Shown in pieces: positions 1-14,444 of a stretch of 64,000 nucleotides of DNA. The position numbers were made by a program, and so were the translations under genes. The stretch comes from Marsupella aquatica. Taxonomy: Eukaryota; Plantae; Marchantiophyta. The stretch is taken from positions 21,861,455-21,925,454 of the forward strand of contig OZ316897.1 of assembly GCA_973895155.1 (NCBI GenBank), given 5' to 3'. Each line of letters opens with the position of its first letter. Positions within the stretch are counted from its first letter, which is position 1. The notes beneath the pieces are model-generated. The model ran no database searches and was not told the DNA's origin. It worked only from the letters and a program-made list of their open reading frames with translations.

Positions 1-377
1 TACGATTGTGGATCCGTAAGTTGCTCGTGTTCTTTGTCGTTTTATCTGGTTTTATTATCTATTTTTGCCTTTGGAGGCTTTTTTACAAAAAGTGCATCTA
101 AGAATTCTATACCATGAGTCTTAAGCGTGAAAGAATGTTTGCATAGATCTACAGTGCTGCTCGGTGCGTGTATTGATTTATCTCTTTTCAGGACCTCAAC
201 TGCGTTCCCAAAGTACTGAACTACATGGTTCTTAGACTTTATAATGTGCAGGGTGGGTATTGAGAGATAAACCTACCCCAAGTTTTTGATATCGTTTGTC
301 ATCGTGTCCTAGGGAGATCGTTTACTTGTTGGAAACTCTAAAAACTTAGTGTGACTTCATGTGACCTATAATTAGAG

Positions 378-1866
378 AGACACCTTAAATAAAGTGAGTC
401 ACGCGACCTATACTTAGAGCCTATAATTAGACTGAAATTTATAGTCAGATGTATTTTATAGGCTAGGCTATCTTACTAATAATTTGCAAAGCTACTTAAG
501 GCCTATGGTCTAGAGTTAGCAACTCCCAATAAAGACAAAACTGATAATGAGTCTTTAATAATCACACAACTTAAAAAATGAAGATAAACAAAAAAACAGT
601 ATGGGGGAGGGTGAACAAAGAACTATATGGGCAAAGATGAACCCAAATTAAAGCATACTTAGAATTGTTTCCGTGCAAGCTCTTTCTTTCTACATATCTC
701 TACTTTCAAGGAACCTTGGGTAAGAGGCCTAGTTAGTGTAACTTACTACAGGTGGACACTTTATCTAATGGAAAGTTTGTTTGGTACTCACACAAGTCTT
801 CTTGCAGAAACGGCATGCTGTGTCGGCCGACTTACTTAATGGTGTTCAGGAAGTTGGACGAGAGTTTTCAAGTTACTTAGAGAAGTGAAGCTCCGGATAA
901 GTTAAACAGCGCTTCTACATACAGGTTTGTTGTCTCCTGACATCAAGTTCTTCCTGCTTTTTGTGTGGTCCCTAACATGATTATTGAACCCTAAACTCCT
1001 TGCTATTTTCTAATATAATTTTTGGTTATTTAATTTGGCATTTACTTTGTTGCGGTCCTTTTAAGACGGTTTAGTTTGCTTCGAATCCGGACCAATTCCA
1101 AATCATAGCCATGTCTGAATTGCTTTTTGTCATTACAATTTTGAATTGCAACAAAGATCCTCACTTCATAAACAACATGAAATTAGATTGACACCTGAAA
1201 TAAACTTAAGTGAGTCACAATTTTATGTGAAATGTATTTTATAGGCTAAGCTATCTTACTAATAATTTGCAAAGCTACTTAAGGCCTATGGTCTAGAGTT
1301 GGCAACTCCCAATAAAGACAAAACTGATAATGAGTCTTTAATAATCACACAACTTAAAAAATGAAAAAAAAAGTATGGGGGAGGGTGGACAAAGAACTAG
1401 ATTGGCAAAGATGAACCCAAATTAAAGCATACTTAATTAGAATTGTTTCCGTGTTAGTGTAACTTACTAGAGGTTTAAAGTTTGTTTGGTACTCACACAA
1501 GTCTTCTTGCAGAAAGGGCATGGTGTGTCGGCTGACTTACTTAATGGTGTTCGGGAAGTTGGACGTGAGTTTTCAAGTTACCTAGAGAAGAGAAGCTCCG
1601 GATAAGTTAAACAGCGCTTCTACATACAGGTTTGCTGTCTCCTGACATCAAGTTCTAGCTTCCTGCTTTTTGTGTGGTCCCTAACATGATAATTGAACCC
1701 TAATTTTTGGTTATTTAATTTGGCATTTACTCTGTTGTGGTCCTTTTAAGACGGTTTAGTGTGCTTTGAATCCAGACCAACTCCAAATCATAGCCATGTT
1801 TGAATTGCTTTTTGTCATTACAATTTTGAATTGCAACAAAGATCCTCACTTTGGAAAGAACATGAA
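378..1866. repeat. Degenerate tandem duplication of an AT-rich unit (~380-1180 and ~1190-1866)
   Basis: Long shared blocks recur with indels, e.g. 'atgtattttataggct..gctatcttactaataatttgcaaagctacttaaggcctatgg' at ~449 and ~1232, and 'gcaacaaagatcctcactt' at ~1148 and ~1833. Confidence 0.85.
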
Positions 1867-4800
1867 GTAATCATTATATAATAAATATACAATATGTAGC
1901 TAGCTAGGCCGACCATGATAGAGTAGGTGGTAAGGGACTGAAGAGTGTAAGCAGTAGATAGGGATCGACTGTGATGGAGGTGTTCACGCCCCACACCCGG
2001 TTAATGTCCTGAGTAAAATCAGATAAAGGTTGAAAAAAGCAAGGAAACATAACACCATTTAATGCATACTTTTCCCCTCTATTTTTATTCTATAGGTGGT
2101 TCTATCTTTACTGTTAGAGTCCCAGAGATCGCTCTGCTGTTGGATCCCGATAACATGACATGCAATGAAATACTCCTACTCTTCGGTAGTTAAGCTTCGC
2201 CTACTTAATTTCCGGACGGTTCGAACTCTGATTGCAGTAAGTTAAGTTGATCCATTATGGTTAATTACCATATATCTGTGCGGCTGTACATTTGTTGATT
2301 TGTCGGGTCACTTCCGTTGCCTCGTTCCTGTGGAAGTTTTCAGATGATTATGAAACTTGATAAATGTGATGCCTAGCCAGGAATCACTCGGCCAGTTAAG
2401 TGGGTAAAGCAGGAATGCACCCTAGAAACACCTTAGTATAGGGACAAAACAAGGAAAATATAAACAATTAGGGGCGACTATGGAACCCGGGCCGAGGCCG
2501 GAGGTAAGGACGCTGGGGGTGAAAACTCGATTAGGGTTAGGGCGCGCTAAGCGTCGGCGGCTAGGAAGGATCAACGGGAGGAAGGACCGGAAGAGGAGAG
2601 GGGTAAGGAGCGCTTGCAGGAGAGGGTGGCTCATTTGCGAGCACGAACTAGGAAGACGACTACGGGAGGCCAACTACTGTCAACTGCTTAGGCAAGCACT
2701 CGGGGAGAGAGTAGATACCGACGATCAACCTAAGGAGGGTATGAGCAACGTCAATCAAGCGGCACATTTCTGGGGATGCCTGTTCGAACGGGAAACTGAG
2801 TACATCAAGACCTACGAGGACGAAGAATCAGAAAGGGCAGCTCGAGAACGACAGGAGCGCGCTTGCTCGATTGTGGGAGCTGCAGAAGACGGCTTTCTTA
2901 GGAGGCGAACTCATCAAGGCCGAGTTCTTGTGGACTCCTACTTCCAATCAGCTCGACGATCTTCTGTTTTGCGAAGACAGAATCCTCGGCATTCGAGAGG
3001 CCATCAAGAACTGCAACGACATACACTGGGAATTGAAGGGTAGCACGGAAGGGTGGACCCAGGCAACGGTGCTAGGAGAAACCTCCATGGCAGCAGAGAT
3101 GAAGAGGAAGGGAGCCGTCAATGATGAAGCCACCCCAACAAAAAGAACGAGGTCGGCGGCACCAAAGAAGCCAGCCGAGCAGCAGAGCAGGAGGCAGAGA
3201 GAAGCCGAAGAGGAGGAGGTCGATCCCATCAATGCCATTCCAACCAGGGATGACACCTGGAAAGGCTGGGTGGCAACCCTACCAGTGGAGGTGCAACTAC
3301 ATTTTGCACGGGAGGAGGATGCATGCTTTATGGCCATGCAGACCAAGAAGTACCAAGGCTTCATGGCCGGATCCGGCTTAGAGGCCTTTGTAAGATTACC
3401 ATGGCTGAAGCCGGAGGTGCCGGATTCAGACCTATTAGAATTCGTGGGGTCGTGGGAACCCGAGACCAATTGCACGAGGATATATGGGAAGGATTTCTAT
3501 CTTACTCCCAAGGTAATTGCCGAAGTGTTTGGCTTGCCGATAGGCAATAAGACCAAGGTTGATACCAGGAAGACCTTGCCTGACAAAGAGTTCCGGTCGT
3601 TCCCCGGGCCATCAACGAAGAATGGCTTCTTCCGGAACACCTGCACCAACCCGCACATAGGAGAGATGATCGACTTCTTGCGGGTGACCATGCATTGTAA
3701 CTTGCCGAGGGCAGAGATCGGCAAGGTACAGGTCTATCTGGCAGAGAGGCCAGACCCAAGCTGGGACTACAATGGGTACCTCCTCAACCAATTGCAGAAG
3801 ATCTTAAAGGAGGAGCAGCAGGTAATCGGCATGGGAAGCGTGTCGCGGCTTGGCTATCACATGCAGCTGTTGTGCCGGTATGCCAGAGGTCAGACCTTTG
3901 CCCCAGTACTTCCCCTGCAGGTAAGGGTACCCGAGGAAGCTCCAGCACCAAGGCCGGTAGTAGAGAAGCCTCAACCACCTGTTAGCCCTACGATTGAGCA
4001 GGTGTTTAGGCCAAGGAAAGAAGACTTGCCAATGCAGCAACCAAGCATGCAGAATCTGCTGAAAATGCTGGAGAAGGAAAAGACGGCACCGGCACCGGCT
4101 TCGGCAGCGGCACCAATACAGGACACTGCCCCAGAGGTCAACCTAAGCAGACTTAGAAGGGAAAACCCCTTTACCGGAAATAAGGAGAGAATCAGGCCAG
4201 AATCCAAGCCGGGTGTTCGAATGTATGTGGGAGTCTCAAGCTCTGAATCTGAGGCAGAATTGCCTGAAGCTCCTACCGACGAAGAGGAGAGGGAGAAGCC
4301 GGAAGTCCAAGAAGTAGAGGAGGTAGTGGAGGACTGCAGCCATGATAACTCCGGCTATGGGTCGGACCATCACGTTCCAGGAGTAAGGACCTGTGGCCGG
4401 TTTATCCCCACACTTCCAAGGGTAGTACGAGGGGACCCCAACCAGCAGAGTAGCCCTGAGTCTCCCCCACCAGATGTTGCTCCCCCGAGCTTTGACGGCA
4501 TAAAACAGACGGCGCAGGAATTTCAGGAGCGAATCAGGCAGGAAGAGGAGGCAGCCCTGGCTAGGGAAAAGGATTTGCCAGGAGGAGATTGGCCGGAGGA
4601 CATCAGGCGGCTAGCCGAAAAAGGAAGCAAACCTCTAGCCACGATATAAGAGATCCGCAAGACGGCTTGGGAGTAGAGGCCGCGATGGACGATGCCGATC
4701 ACTTCTACTTACTCCACCTACGCTAAGAATAGAGCCATGGAGTATGGTGAGATATGTGGGGAACTTGCGCTCGGCATCTTTGGAGAGGAGTTGGAGGTAG

Positions 4801-5322
4801 GACCCTTTTTCCATAGGGAGCAGTTGGAGAAGCACCAATTAGAAGAAGCGGTGGCTTTAGAAAGAAGCAAGAAGGACGAGGTCATCCAGCGGCTTAGGAG
4901 GATGGAAGCCGAGATTGAAGATCTAAGGGCGGCCAAGAAAGCCCAAGATGAACTGCGGATTAAGCGGCATGAGCTGAACATCATGCAGGGGCAGTTGGAC
5001 ACCGCGCAGGCTGATAATCAGATTATCAAGGATAAACTGGCTTAGACCCAGGGAGAATTCCTTGGAATGGGAACATTTTTATAATTTTTGGTTCCCCCGC
5101 GAAAAGCCCCACGGGGAGGGCAAACAGACAGACCAGAAGGCCAGACCAAGCGACATAAAACATAGCCGAACACACAGCGCACAGGCACACATCACCAGCG
5201 CATATCCCACAACCCCCCGACCACCAAACAGTGGAAAAGGGAAAATCAATCACCAACACAAGCCCAAGCCCAACATAAGAGGGCATCCAACAGTCAGATC
5301 ATCCCGGAAGCCACGGTCCCCC

Positions 5323-8300
5323 TCAAGCAAAAGAATTGACAGCAATGTTGCCACTGCCTAGCCAAACCCTATGCAGGTCATCCATCCATGCCTTTGCCCG
5401 GATCAGGCGGGTGCACTTCCTGCCCGGGGGGCAGCGCCGACTAACAGCAAAAGCATTCTCCGCTGCCTCATTCAGAACAAGTCCCAAGTCAAACACCCGT
5501 CTCCCCCCCACCTGAAACATGTGAGTGTTCCTTCCCGTCCAGAGTCGCCACAGAATATGGTGCAAGACGAAGATCCGGGCCACTTGCACAGGCTCCTTCC
5601 CGCAGGCCGCCTCTAAAAGAGCCATCAGACCTCATCCCATTGGCAAGGCCAGAATCCGCAACGAATCCTGACAGAGTTGCCAACAACGGACCGCATGTGT
5701 ACAGTGGAAGAACACGTGGGGGATCATCTCCAGCCATCCTTTGCAAAGCTTGCAATCTCCATTACTCACCTCCATTCTGAGCGCACGTGCCCCAGTGAAA
5801 AGGCCCCCTACAATAATCCTCCAAACAAAGGTCTTGCCTCTAATCGGAAGATCAGACCCCCAAAGCTTAGCCCAACACATATTCCAGCGCATCTCAGGCC
5901 AGGACAATGACCAGATCCGATTGAGGTGGTCATGGGATGCAGTCTTAGGCCTTAAGAAATCATACACTCTACAATTCTCGATTCTGAAGTCCTTCAGCGG
6001 CTCCGGTCTGTCTGTCCATCTCCACTACTTGGCATACAAGTAGTATTCAGATCGGCGATTGTCTGCCCGCCAAAGGCACTCCAAGAATGAACGAGCCATC
6101 GTTCGATGCTCATCAGAAAAGCCACGCATATTGTGCCATCGTAGCGGTAGGTCCTTCCAACATCCATCCTCTGTTGACCATCCATCACCAATAGACCTCA
6201 ATCCCAGCCTGCCACAAATCGCAGCAATCTCTATGAGGGCTTTATTCGGAAGGGAATTGAAGCCCACCATACACCTGAGGGTATCCATGATGCTCCACCG
6301 GGAAGGCGGCCCTGTCCGTCCAGGATCGAAGAATAAGTGGGCTCTCACTAGCTCCCAGCTTCTCCAGAGACCTGTCGTGTAGGGGAGCCCACTAAATGAA
6401 CGAGGCGTGCACAGTAGCAGCCGGTCCTGGAAGGAGTATCCATTTCGCCTAATAATTTTGTAGTTCGTCCACCCCATCAATTTCAGGTTGGCTGCCAACA
6501 TCCTAGACCATTCCGTCTCAGGCGCGTTAAGTGCCTTAGTGAACCATTGAGAGAGCAATGCATCAGAGTGACTGCGGAAGTCCCGGAATCCCAGCCCCCC
6601 TTCCACACGTGGCAAAGCCATCCGATCCCAGGCCACCAGGGGGACCTTCCGTCCTCCAGTGGCATTATATCCCCATAAAAATTCCCTGCTCAGAGCAATC
6701 ATCTTCTTCGCCAGGCCTACAGATTCCTTGCAATACATTACATGGTAGATCGGGATAGCAAGTAGTACCTGTTTGACCAGTAGTGAACGGCCAGTAAAAG
6801 AAAGAAGTTTGTTGGACCAAACAGAAAGTCTGGCACAAATCTTATCCAAACAGAATTTGTGCAGTTGTTCCGTGCTCAAACTCTCCCCAAAAGGTGCCCC
6901 CAGGTATTTATGTATCTCGCCTCTTCGGCTGCTAAGGCAGCCTGTGTTGTTCAGCCACTCTGGGATCCTTTCCAATGCCAATGGGATCACAACGGATTTC
7001 TTCAGATTCAGTCGCGCCCCACTAGCCATCTCATAGCATTCTAGAGCAGTGGTTGCTTCCTCAAAGGCACGCTCTGTGGCCGGGATAAACATCCCAACAT
7101 CATCTGCAAACAGTCTATAGCAGATAGTGAATTCAGGGGTGATCTGCAGTCCACAAAGTCGGCCCTCCGCCATCTCAGTATCGAGAAAGTCCATAAGAGG
7201 TTGCGTGGAGATGACAAACAACAATGGTGACAGTGGACAGCCCTGTCTTACCCCTCGTTTAAGCTCAAATGTGTTTGATAGTAATCCGTTCACCAAGGCC
7301 CTGGAAGATGCCTGTGCCAGCAGGGCCCTGACCAGCATAGTGAAGCGTCCGCTGATGCCCAGTAGGTGCATGCATTCCCATAAGTAGTCATGTGAAACAC
7401 GGTCAAAGGCCTTCTCGAAATCCAGTTTTAGGAACAATGCCTCTCTCCTCTTGTTGTGCACCCAGTCACATGTAAGCCAGGCTAAGGAAATATTTTCAAG
7501 AATGTGTCTTCCAGGTATAAATCCAGTCTGTTGCGGGCTAATAATCATGTGTAGAATCGGTTTGAGTCGTATATCGAGGATCTTGGCAATGAGCTTGTAT
7601 ATAGTATTTAACATTGTCAAAGGGCGCCAGTCCCTTAAAAACCGTTTATCAGGTTTCTTGGGTATGAACTTCACAATTCCTTCACAGATTCCAACATCCA
7701 AAGCCCCTGTAAGCCAGAACTCCTGTATCATATCCACCAGATCTTGCCCGAGAAACTCCCAGCCTGCTCTGTAGACCTCAGCTGTCATGCCATCCGGTCC
7801 CGGCGTTTTGTCACAAGGCAGGAGCCACAACACCTCCTTCACCTCCTGGTATGACGGGAGTCTCTCCATCCTCAAATTCTCCGCTCCAGAGAGTGCAAAC
7901 CTCGTGTTGCCAAGCAGTCTGTCTCTAGCCACACGAACCTCTTCCAACTTCGCTTCCAATCGCGGCTCAGGCGAGTATAATGTTTGGCAGAACCTTTCTA
8001 CCTCCTTCAGGATTTCTCCAGGGTCAGCTACTGTACTCCCGTCCTCCCTATTCAGGGAAGGCATGGACTCACAAGATCGCTTAGCCCTCACTGTAGCAAA
8101 GAAAAACTTTGTTGACTCGTCTCCTTCACTTAACCACTTAATTCTGGCTAGCCGTCGTCCTCTGTGTGCTTCCTCCAACTCTGAAGCATGTAGAGTGTCT
8201 TCCGCATCCATGAACTCTGCAATGTCTCCCTCTGAATGGTGTTCTATAATGGCCATCTTAAGAACTCGCAACTGAGCTCGCTGAGCTGCCATCTCCATCT

Positions 8301-9242
8301 CAGTTGTCCTTGGTTGGGCTTGAATTTCCTTCAATGTTTGACGCATTTCCAGCTGCCCTTAGCAAAGCACAGCCGCGGGTCCACAAAATCTCCTCGTCCC
8401 ACCCTCCAAGCAGCCTCTAGCCGCAGAATGTCCTCCCTTCTCCGCAGAAATGCCGGGTTGGCCATGAAGAGATGCACTTTGCCTCTCTCCACCGTCTCTG
8501 TCAGTCCAGAGAGCTGCACATTCAACATAACTGGATCATGATCCGAAAGGGCTGAGCCCCCGTCATGCAGGAGTTCCACCTCACGAAGCCATTCTCCCCT
8601 TTCACTAACATAAATCCTTTCGAGTTGAGACTGTGACATCTCTCCATTCCGATTCCTTCTCCACGTGAAGCGCGGGCCAGCAGCTCCTCCCCTAATGTCC
8701 CACGCGTCTGTCAAATTAAATCTCATCTTCAAGAATCTCCAAAACTCAGCCTCTCTACCGCGGATCAGCGGTGATGTACCAGTCGAGTCCGTTCTGCGTT
8801 CCGTCATATTGAAGTCACCACACAGCACCCAGTCATTGTGTGGTAGCATCACCTTTAGATCATTCCATAGCAGAGTTCTTAGTCTAGCTGAATTGGGAGC
8901 ATATATACACGCAACTCCGAAGGTCACTGCTCCCTTCTCGATCACAGCCCATACCGCCCTTCCCATATCCAGTGTTCCCGAGCCCACCACCCTCAGCTCA
9001 GGGTGTACCAGTAGTGCCGTTCCTCCCTTTCCCTCCTCCGGCTCAAAAGAAAAGTGCTGATATGATGGGAGAATAGCCCGCAGAGCCATATCAAGTCTAA
9101 ATTGATCAGCTTTCACTTCTTGAAGGGCCAGAATCCCCAGCGGTACCTTCAGCGATCTTACCCAATTCTTAACAATATGCTTACGGTTAGGCTCACAAAG
9201 TCCACAAACGTTCCAAGATGCCACCCTGAGCCTTCCGTCCAT
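5323..9242 (-). pseudogene. LINE ORF2: APE endonuclease, reverse transcriptase and zf-RVT, frameshifted
   Basis: APE motifs SWNVCG, LQEVK, GDFN, SDHDP (8331-9242). RT motifs PGPDG, WRPL, KLDFEKAFD, RQGCPLSP, FADD (6025-8346). CKLC...HVFFHC zinc finger (5632-5967). Confidence 0.9.
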
Positions 9243-9296
9243 CCTCCTACTATGCCAAAATTATATCCTGGCACAGCCACCCCCCATCCTTGAGTC

Positions 9297-11460
9297 TCAT
9301 AGTCTATTCCGTCCCTCGGGAGACATCCCCGTCACATCTCGACCCATAGGTCCACTCAAATATCCATTAATAGAGCCAGCAGGAGAGACACGCATGGGGG
9401 ATGCTATATTCGCCACTCCACCGCCAAAAGGAGCATTCCCCTGGACCCTCGCATCACAATCGCTCCCTCTAGGAATGGTGAGCAGCAGTCGCTTGTGCAT
9501 TGTAATCCCGTCCGCACTTCCTGCATCAGACATGGCACCACGTGAGAATCTAATTGATCTTTGCTTCTTAGCCTCACCTTTGGCCTTCTTAGTCCTTTCA
9601 GAGGGCGGTGTGCGAAGTTCTTGCTTGCGGGCTCTAGCTTTGAATTTGCTGTGTGAAATATAAGCTTCATATTCAGACATCTTCGCATCAGATTCTTCGT
9701 GAAAGGAGAAGGTCTCATCATTTCCATCAAGCAAATTGGGAGTAGTAAGGGCTTCAATTCCTTGTTCTGCTGAATTTCTCTGAGTAGTCCGTCGCCCAAT
9801 TGACGGGACAACGTCAGCCAGTAGTGGAATCCTGGCAGCCTCTGTATCTTGTGAGTCCTCGATGCAGCCAGCCCGCCCAGGCGTCGGGAGCAAATCAGCA
9901 CTTCTCTCCCTGGTTCCCGAAGAGAAAGCCGCCACCCGCAAATCCGGGTTCTCCCGCAGCAGCGGCACCGAGTCCCGCCCTGCCATCTCCCCAGGAACCG
10001 GACTAACAATTAGCAACTCCACCTGAGCGATATCCTCCTCCACTGAAAAGGGTACCTCCAGCACAGGAGGCACCATGGCTCCCCGAAAAATAGCACGTGC
10101 TTCAGCATTTTCTTTAGCCCTCAACACCTCCTCCTGATCAGCCTCAGAGTGTCTCTCGTCATCTTTCTCATCCGGCGGGTCCGCTCCCGTCCGTAGAGCA
10201 CCGGCAGTCTCCAAGATTACTTTACATTCACGGGCCAGGTGACCTCTTTGGTTGCATCGAAAGCAGTGATAGGGGATATTTTTAAACGTCACCGGTTGCC
10301 AGATAATAATGTCATCACGAATTCGAATCTTCACTGGCAGGGACTTCCCTGTCCGTGTCCCAAAGGATGCAAGCCCGATCGTGGGGATACGAACTGAATT
10401 TGTTCCCCTGAATGTAGTACAGCAGAGTCCCTAGAGAGCACGCAATCTTTCTTCTACAGCCCTCTAGTGCAAGGTCCCTAAACGGTATCTCAATCCACAC
10501 TGGGAGCTTCGTGAAGTTCTCACATTTTACATCAAAGGATGGATCCCATGGGAACGTGTATATAAATCGTCTCTCCATAAACCATGGTGCGTAGTTGAGT
10601 GCCAGATCCCTGTGATTAGGATCCTCAAACACTATCATGTAAAAGTTCTTCCCTACGAATTTAACCTGAAGTACCGGCCATCCCTCCTGGTTTGTCATCA
10701 CTTCGTCTACCCATGCTCTAAAATCTGTGAGGAGCGGCGTTCTTCCCGTGAAGTAGCATATGAGAGCGCAATTATATAGTTGCCTCACATTACGAGCTGC
10801 TTTCGGTAGGTTCCATTCCACTTCTGCAAAGAGTCTCTTGTCAAGATCACCTTTGGACCTGATCGCAATCTCGCGCAGGATCTTGATACACTCTTCAGAT
10901 TCGTCATCCTCCACGGGCGCGTCCTGCATCTCCACATTTTCTTGTGGCACCTCACTCCCCACCATTGCATCCTGGTTAACCTCATTCGCCCCTCTTCCAA
11001 TTGTTCCACGCCCCCAGTGCAGAGCTTCGCCTTCCTTCTCCCCTGCTCCATCCCTCTCCTGCAGGTTCTGAGGCAATTCCATTCCACTCACCGACTGCAC
11101 CTTAGGTCCAGGTCCATTCACCGGACGCTCATTCCCATTCAAGTAATACAACTGAGATCTGGCCGCAGTTGTCTCTTCCAAATTCGGGTCGTTCCTCCCA
11201 GAGCGCGCATCTTGCGCAAAGAATCCAATAGCAGGTCCACTGACCATAACACCCCGCACAGGTGATTGCCCCACAGCTTCACCGGGTATCCCCCCCACCT
11301 CAAGCCTTGCAGCAGGCTCCCCTTGTGTCCTCCGATCTACTCGTCCACCAGCTAAGCGTCCCCCCCTCGTGCTCCTGCGGCTCGAGGGTCCATAATAGTC
11401 TATCCCCTGTTCCTCCATGATACAAGTGGCCTTCCTTGACTCTACAGCCTTTGCATCCAA
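9297..11460 (-). pseudogene. LINE ORF1 (DUF4283-like RRM region plus CCHC knuckle), frameshift near 10325
   Basis: Plant L1 ORF1 signature 'APWFMERR...WDP...KLPVWIEIP', followed by CFRCNQRGHLAREC. Confidence 0.85.
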
Positions 11461-14444
11461 TTAGGAATAAAATAGTCAAGGTCTTCTTGTACTCACCAGA
11501 AGATTCGACGATGGCTCGAAGTCCCGCTGCCACTCCACACCTCCTCGTCTCCAAGGCGCACCAAGGTCAGTCCTTCTTCTCACCGCTGTGTATGCCCGCC
11601 CATCCTTCTATTCGCAGGTTACGACGTTGAAACAGCTCTCAGCTCGTCCCTATTCTCTCTCCTCTCGCTGCCAAACCTTCATACAGAATCGTCTCACCGC
11701 TCCATCCCAGGTTATGAGAAACGGAGAGTGGCATCAAAAAGTCTCCACGCCATCAATGAATAAGCCACGATTGTCGAGGACGTCCCACTGTCCCGTGCTC
11801 CTTCGATCCTCTTCAGCTAAAAGGCCTTCCCTCACACCTCCGTAAGCGATTACCTCCCATCAAGTCCCCGTAGCTCCTCCCCTCTGGAAGAGACCATTCT
11901 TGGTCACATCAACCAGCCAGCACAGCCACATACGGAAAATTGATCCTCCCAATCCCATCTACCATCAATCCGCTTACGCTCCGGTCTCCTCAAAGCCCAT
12001 CCTGGCCCTTTCACTCCTCACTTTTCCACCACTCTCGGTTATAGCAGAGCACAGAATTGAATCCACCCAACACTCACCGATTTATCCACCAATGTGTAAC
12101 AGTTAAGACTCTCCTTTGCCATCGCTTGTATCTGAGGAAACATTCTCCATCGAGCAAACTGCCCCCGTACCCACCATGCCCGTGTCTGTGTACACACAGT
12201 GCGTCGCCCTTCTCCTACACCCTAAACCACCCTAAAACCTTCTAAAATCTCCCGAGCCGTCCAAAGCGTGGAGATGTCGAGAGTGAGCAAGAGTGGGTTC
12301 ATTTGCATGCGGTGTCTCCTGCGTATCAAAACCTTCCCCCTCGGGAAGCAACGCCCACACACGATCCAGGTGTGGATGATTCCAAGCTCTTGAGAGAGAG
12401 CACAAGTCAGCGCCTTACTTTCAGCCTCCTCCTTTACGTCTTGAGTTTCCTTCTCAAAGCGATCGGTCCTTCAACACGTGCAAAGTTGTTCCAGACCCAG
12501 GGAGAATTGGCCGACGCGATCAAAGAAAGGGAGAAGTGGAAGCGAGAGCTGAGGAATGCAAAGGAGGCCCACATAACAGCCAACAACCGGGCCATGGCGG
12601 AGACCCAAAGAAAGGAATGGGCGTTGAAGGGGGAGCTCGAGAAAATCCGCGGAGCCCTTGGGCAGAAGGAGGCCGAGTTAGGGAAATCCTATCAAGGGAT
12701 TATTGCACTACAGCAGGAGCTTGCGTCCCTGTTGGCCAGCTTCAAGGCCGACCTGCGGGAGAAGGACGCCCAGCTCGACCAGACTTATGCCAAGATGAAT
12801 AACATGGAGTCTGAGGTCGTAGCGGAGCTCGACAAGGAGCTAAGAGCAACCCAGGAGGAGAGGGCTACCACCAAGAAGGAATTGGAGGAAGCCCACAGGG
12901 AATTGGAGGAAGCCAAAAATGAGCTGCAGGAGGCACGTAAGGACCTGGATGAGACCCAGGAGGAGTTGGAGGAAATCATGAGGAAGATGGAGAACCTACA
13001 GCGGCGAGCCGACAACCAAACAGAGCGGCTGAAGAAACAAGCCGCAGTATTTAAATGCTTAGCTGCATCAGGTCCATCTCTCGTTGGGGCAAACCAGTTA
13101 CCAGGGGTGGTAATTGCCGAAGGACCAGCCGTGACACACGGCCCGGTGCCGGATGTTGGCGGCAAGGGGAAGGAACCGACTGTGGAGATAGTGAAGAAGA
13201 AGAAGCGGAAACCTTCGGGGTCCGGAGATTATTCGACCCCTCAAGACGTACTCAAACCGGCACCAACCTCCGGCATGAACACGACAATAGATCCCGCTAT
13301 CACCAAAGGTGGGGATGGCGCGGCCCAAGCCGAACTACTCAGTAATGAGGCCAGTATCCCAGATCCGCCTCTTGAGCAGGCCGGGGAGACCGTAGCCGAG
13401 GTTGAGGCCGTAGCCGAGAATGATTCCCGAGCCGATGCCGATGCCGATGGTGGACCCAGTCAGGCCGATGGAGAGTTGACTCAGTCAAAGGCAGGTAATC
13501 TGTCAGAGAATGAACCTACGGCAGTGGCTGAGGAGGAAGCGTTGGGGGCGTCCATTGAGGATCCACCACCGGTGTCGTGACGGTGCAAGGGCGCCGTTCC
13601 TTTTAGGAAGGGCGGACGTGGAGGTAGGAGGCGTGAGTGGGCAGGGCGGGCGCTGATCTCCAAGTTTAGGATTAGGATCAGGACCAGGAGCGGCCCTGAC
13701 ACTTAGCTTAGTGGGATTGCGGTTCCACTGGTAGGAGCAACACTTGTGCTCCTGCCTTGCTGTACATTGGTAGATCCGGGCAGTTAGATTACTGTTAGGT
13801 AGATTAGGCTTACGCTGCAAAGAATTAGGCGGATCCACTACCAGGATAAGTACCTGGGCAGCAGGGAGCTCAGGGCCTCTTCTTTAGCAAGTTTTTAGTT
13901 TGCACCAGCCGGGCTGGGATCAAGTAGTAAGAGAAGCTCTCGGTTAGTCATACCGTGACCTTGTGTATATTCATGTTTCCTCATGCCTAAGAGCTGAATA
14001 GAGTTGGCCTCACGGCTTAGTTCGCAGAGCTTGTGTATGAGATGTACTGTTTGTATGGCAAGTGCATGGTATGACTCAGTCAGAAGGAGTCATTTTGCTA
14101 TTTGTGTGTTGCATTAACTTGTGTGAAGAGTGCCCACATCAACCAGAAGGAAGGAAAGTAAGCAAGGGAGTGAGAGTTGGATGTGTCGAGCTGAGAGAGG
14201 TCTTAGCGGCTTAACCAAGCGTATTGGCCTCATTCACAATTGGGTGTACCTCGCAGGAACCACTTTCAGGACTCAAAAACATGCTTTTTTAGTGAAAAAT
14301 GACTTTTGTAACATGGAAAAAGCACCATCATGATTTTATCTCAAGACATTTAAGTCTAATTTTTTCACAAGACTATTTTACATGGTGTTACCTACCTCAC
14401 CATGTAGATAAATCAAGTTTTCAATTGTTTTAAGAGATCCTATT

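Larger units (their letters stand above)
5060..12492 (-). mobile_element. L1-clade LINE, apparently full-length (~7.4 kb)
   Basis: 16-bp TSD AGACCCAGGGAGAATT at 5044-5059 and 12493-12508. Removing it restores the LTR ORF. ORF1 and ORF2 are on the minus strand. Confidence 0.93.
2480..13580 (+). pseudogene. Disrupted copy of the LTR-encoded ~1200-aa protein (2480-5045 plus 12509-13580)
   Basis: Colinear with ORF 49390-53028. Disrupted by a 4-bp insertion near 2860, stops at ~4647, ~4673 and 5043, and the LINE insertion. Ends in the same IEDPPPVS*. Confidence 0.9.

Noticed and set aside
12303-13580. 425-aa ORF resembling an SMC/myosin-like gene
   Set aside because: A chimera of LINE 5' antisense sequence and the C-terminal part of the solo-LTR ORF.
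2365-14220. Treating 2365 as the 5' LTR of a giant element ending at 53949
   Set aside because: The ATAAA TSD closes it at 27611 and no PBS follows, so it is a solo LTR.
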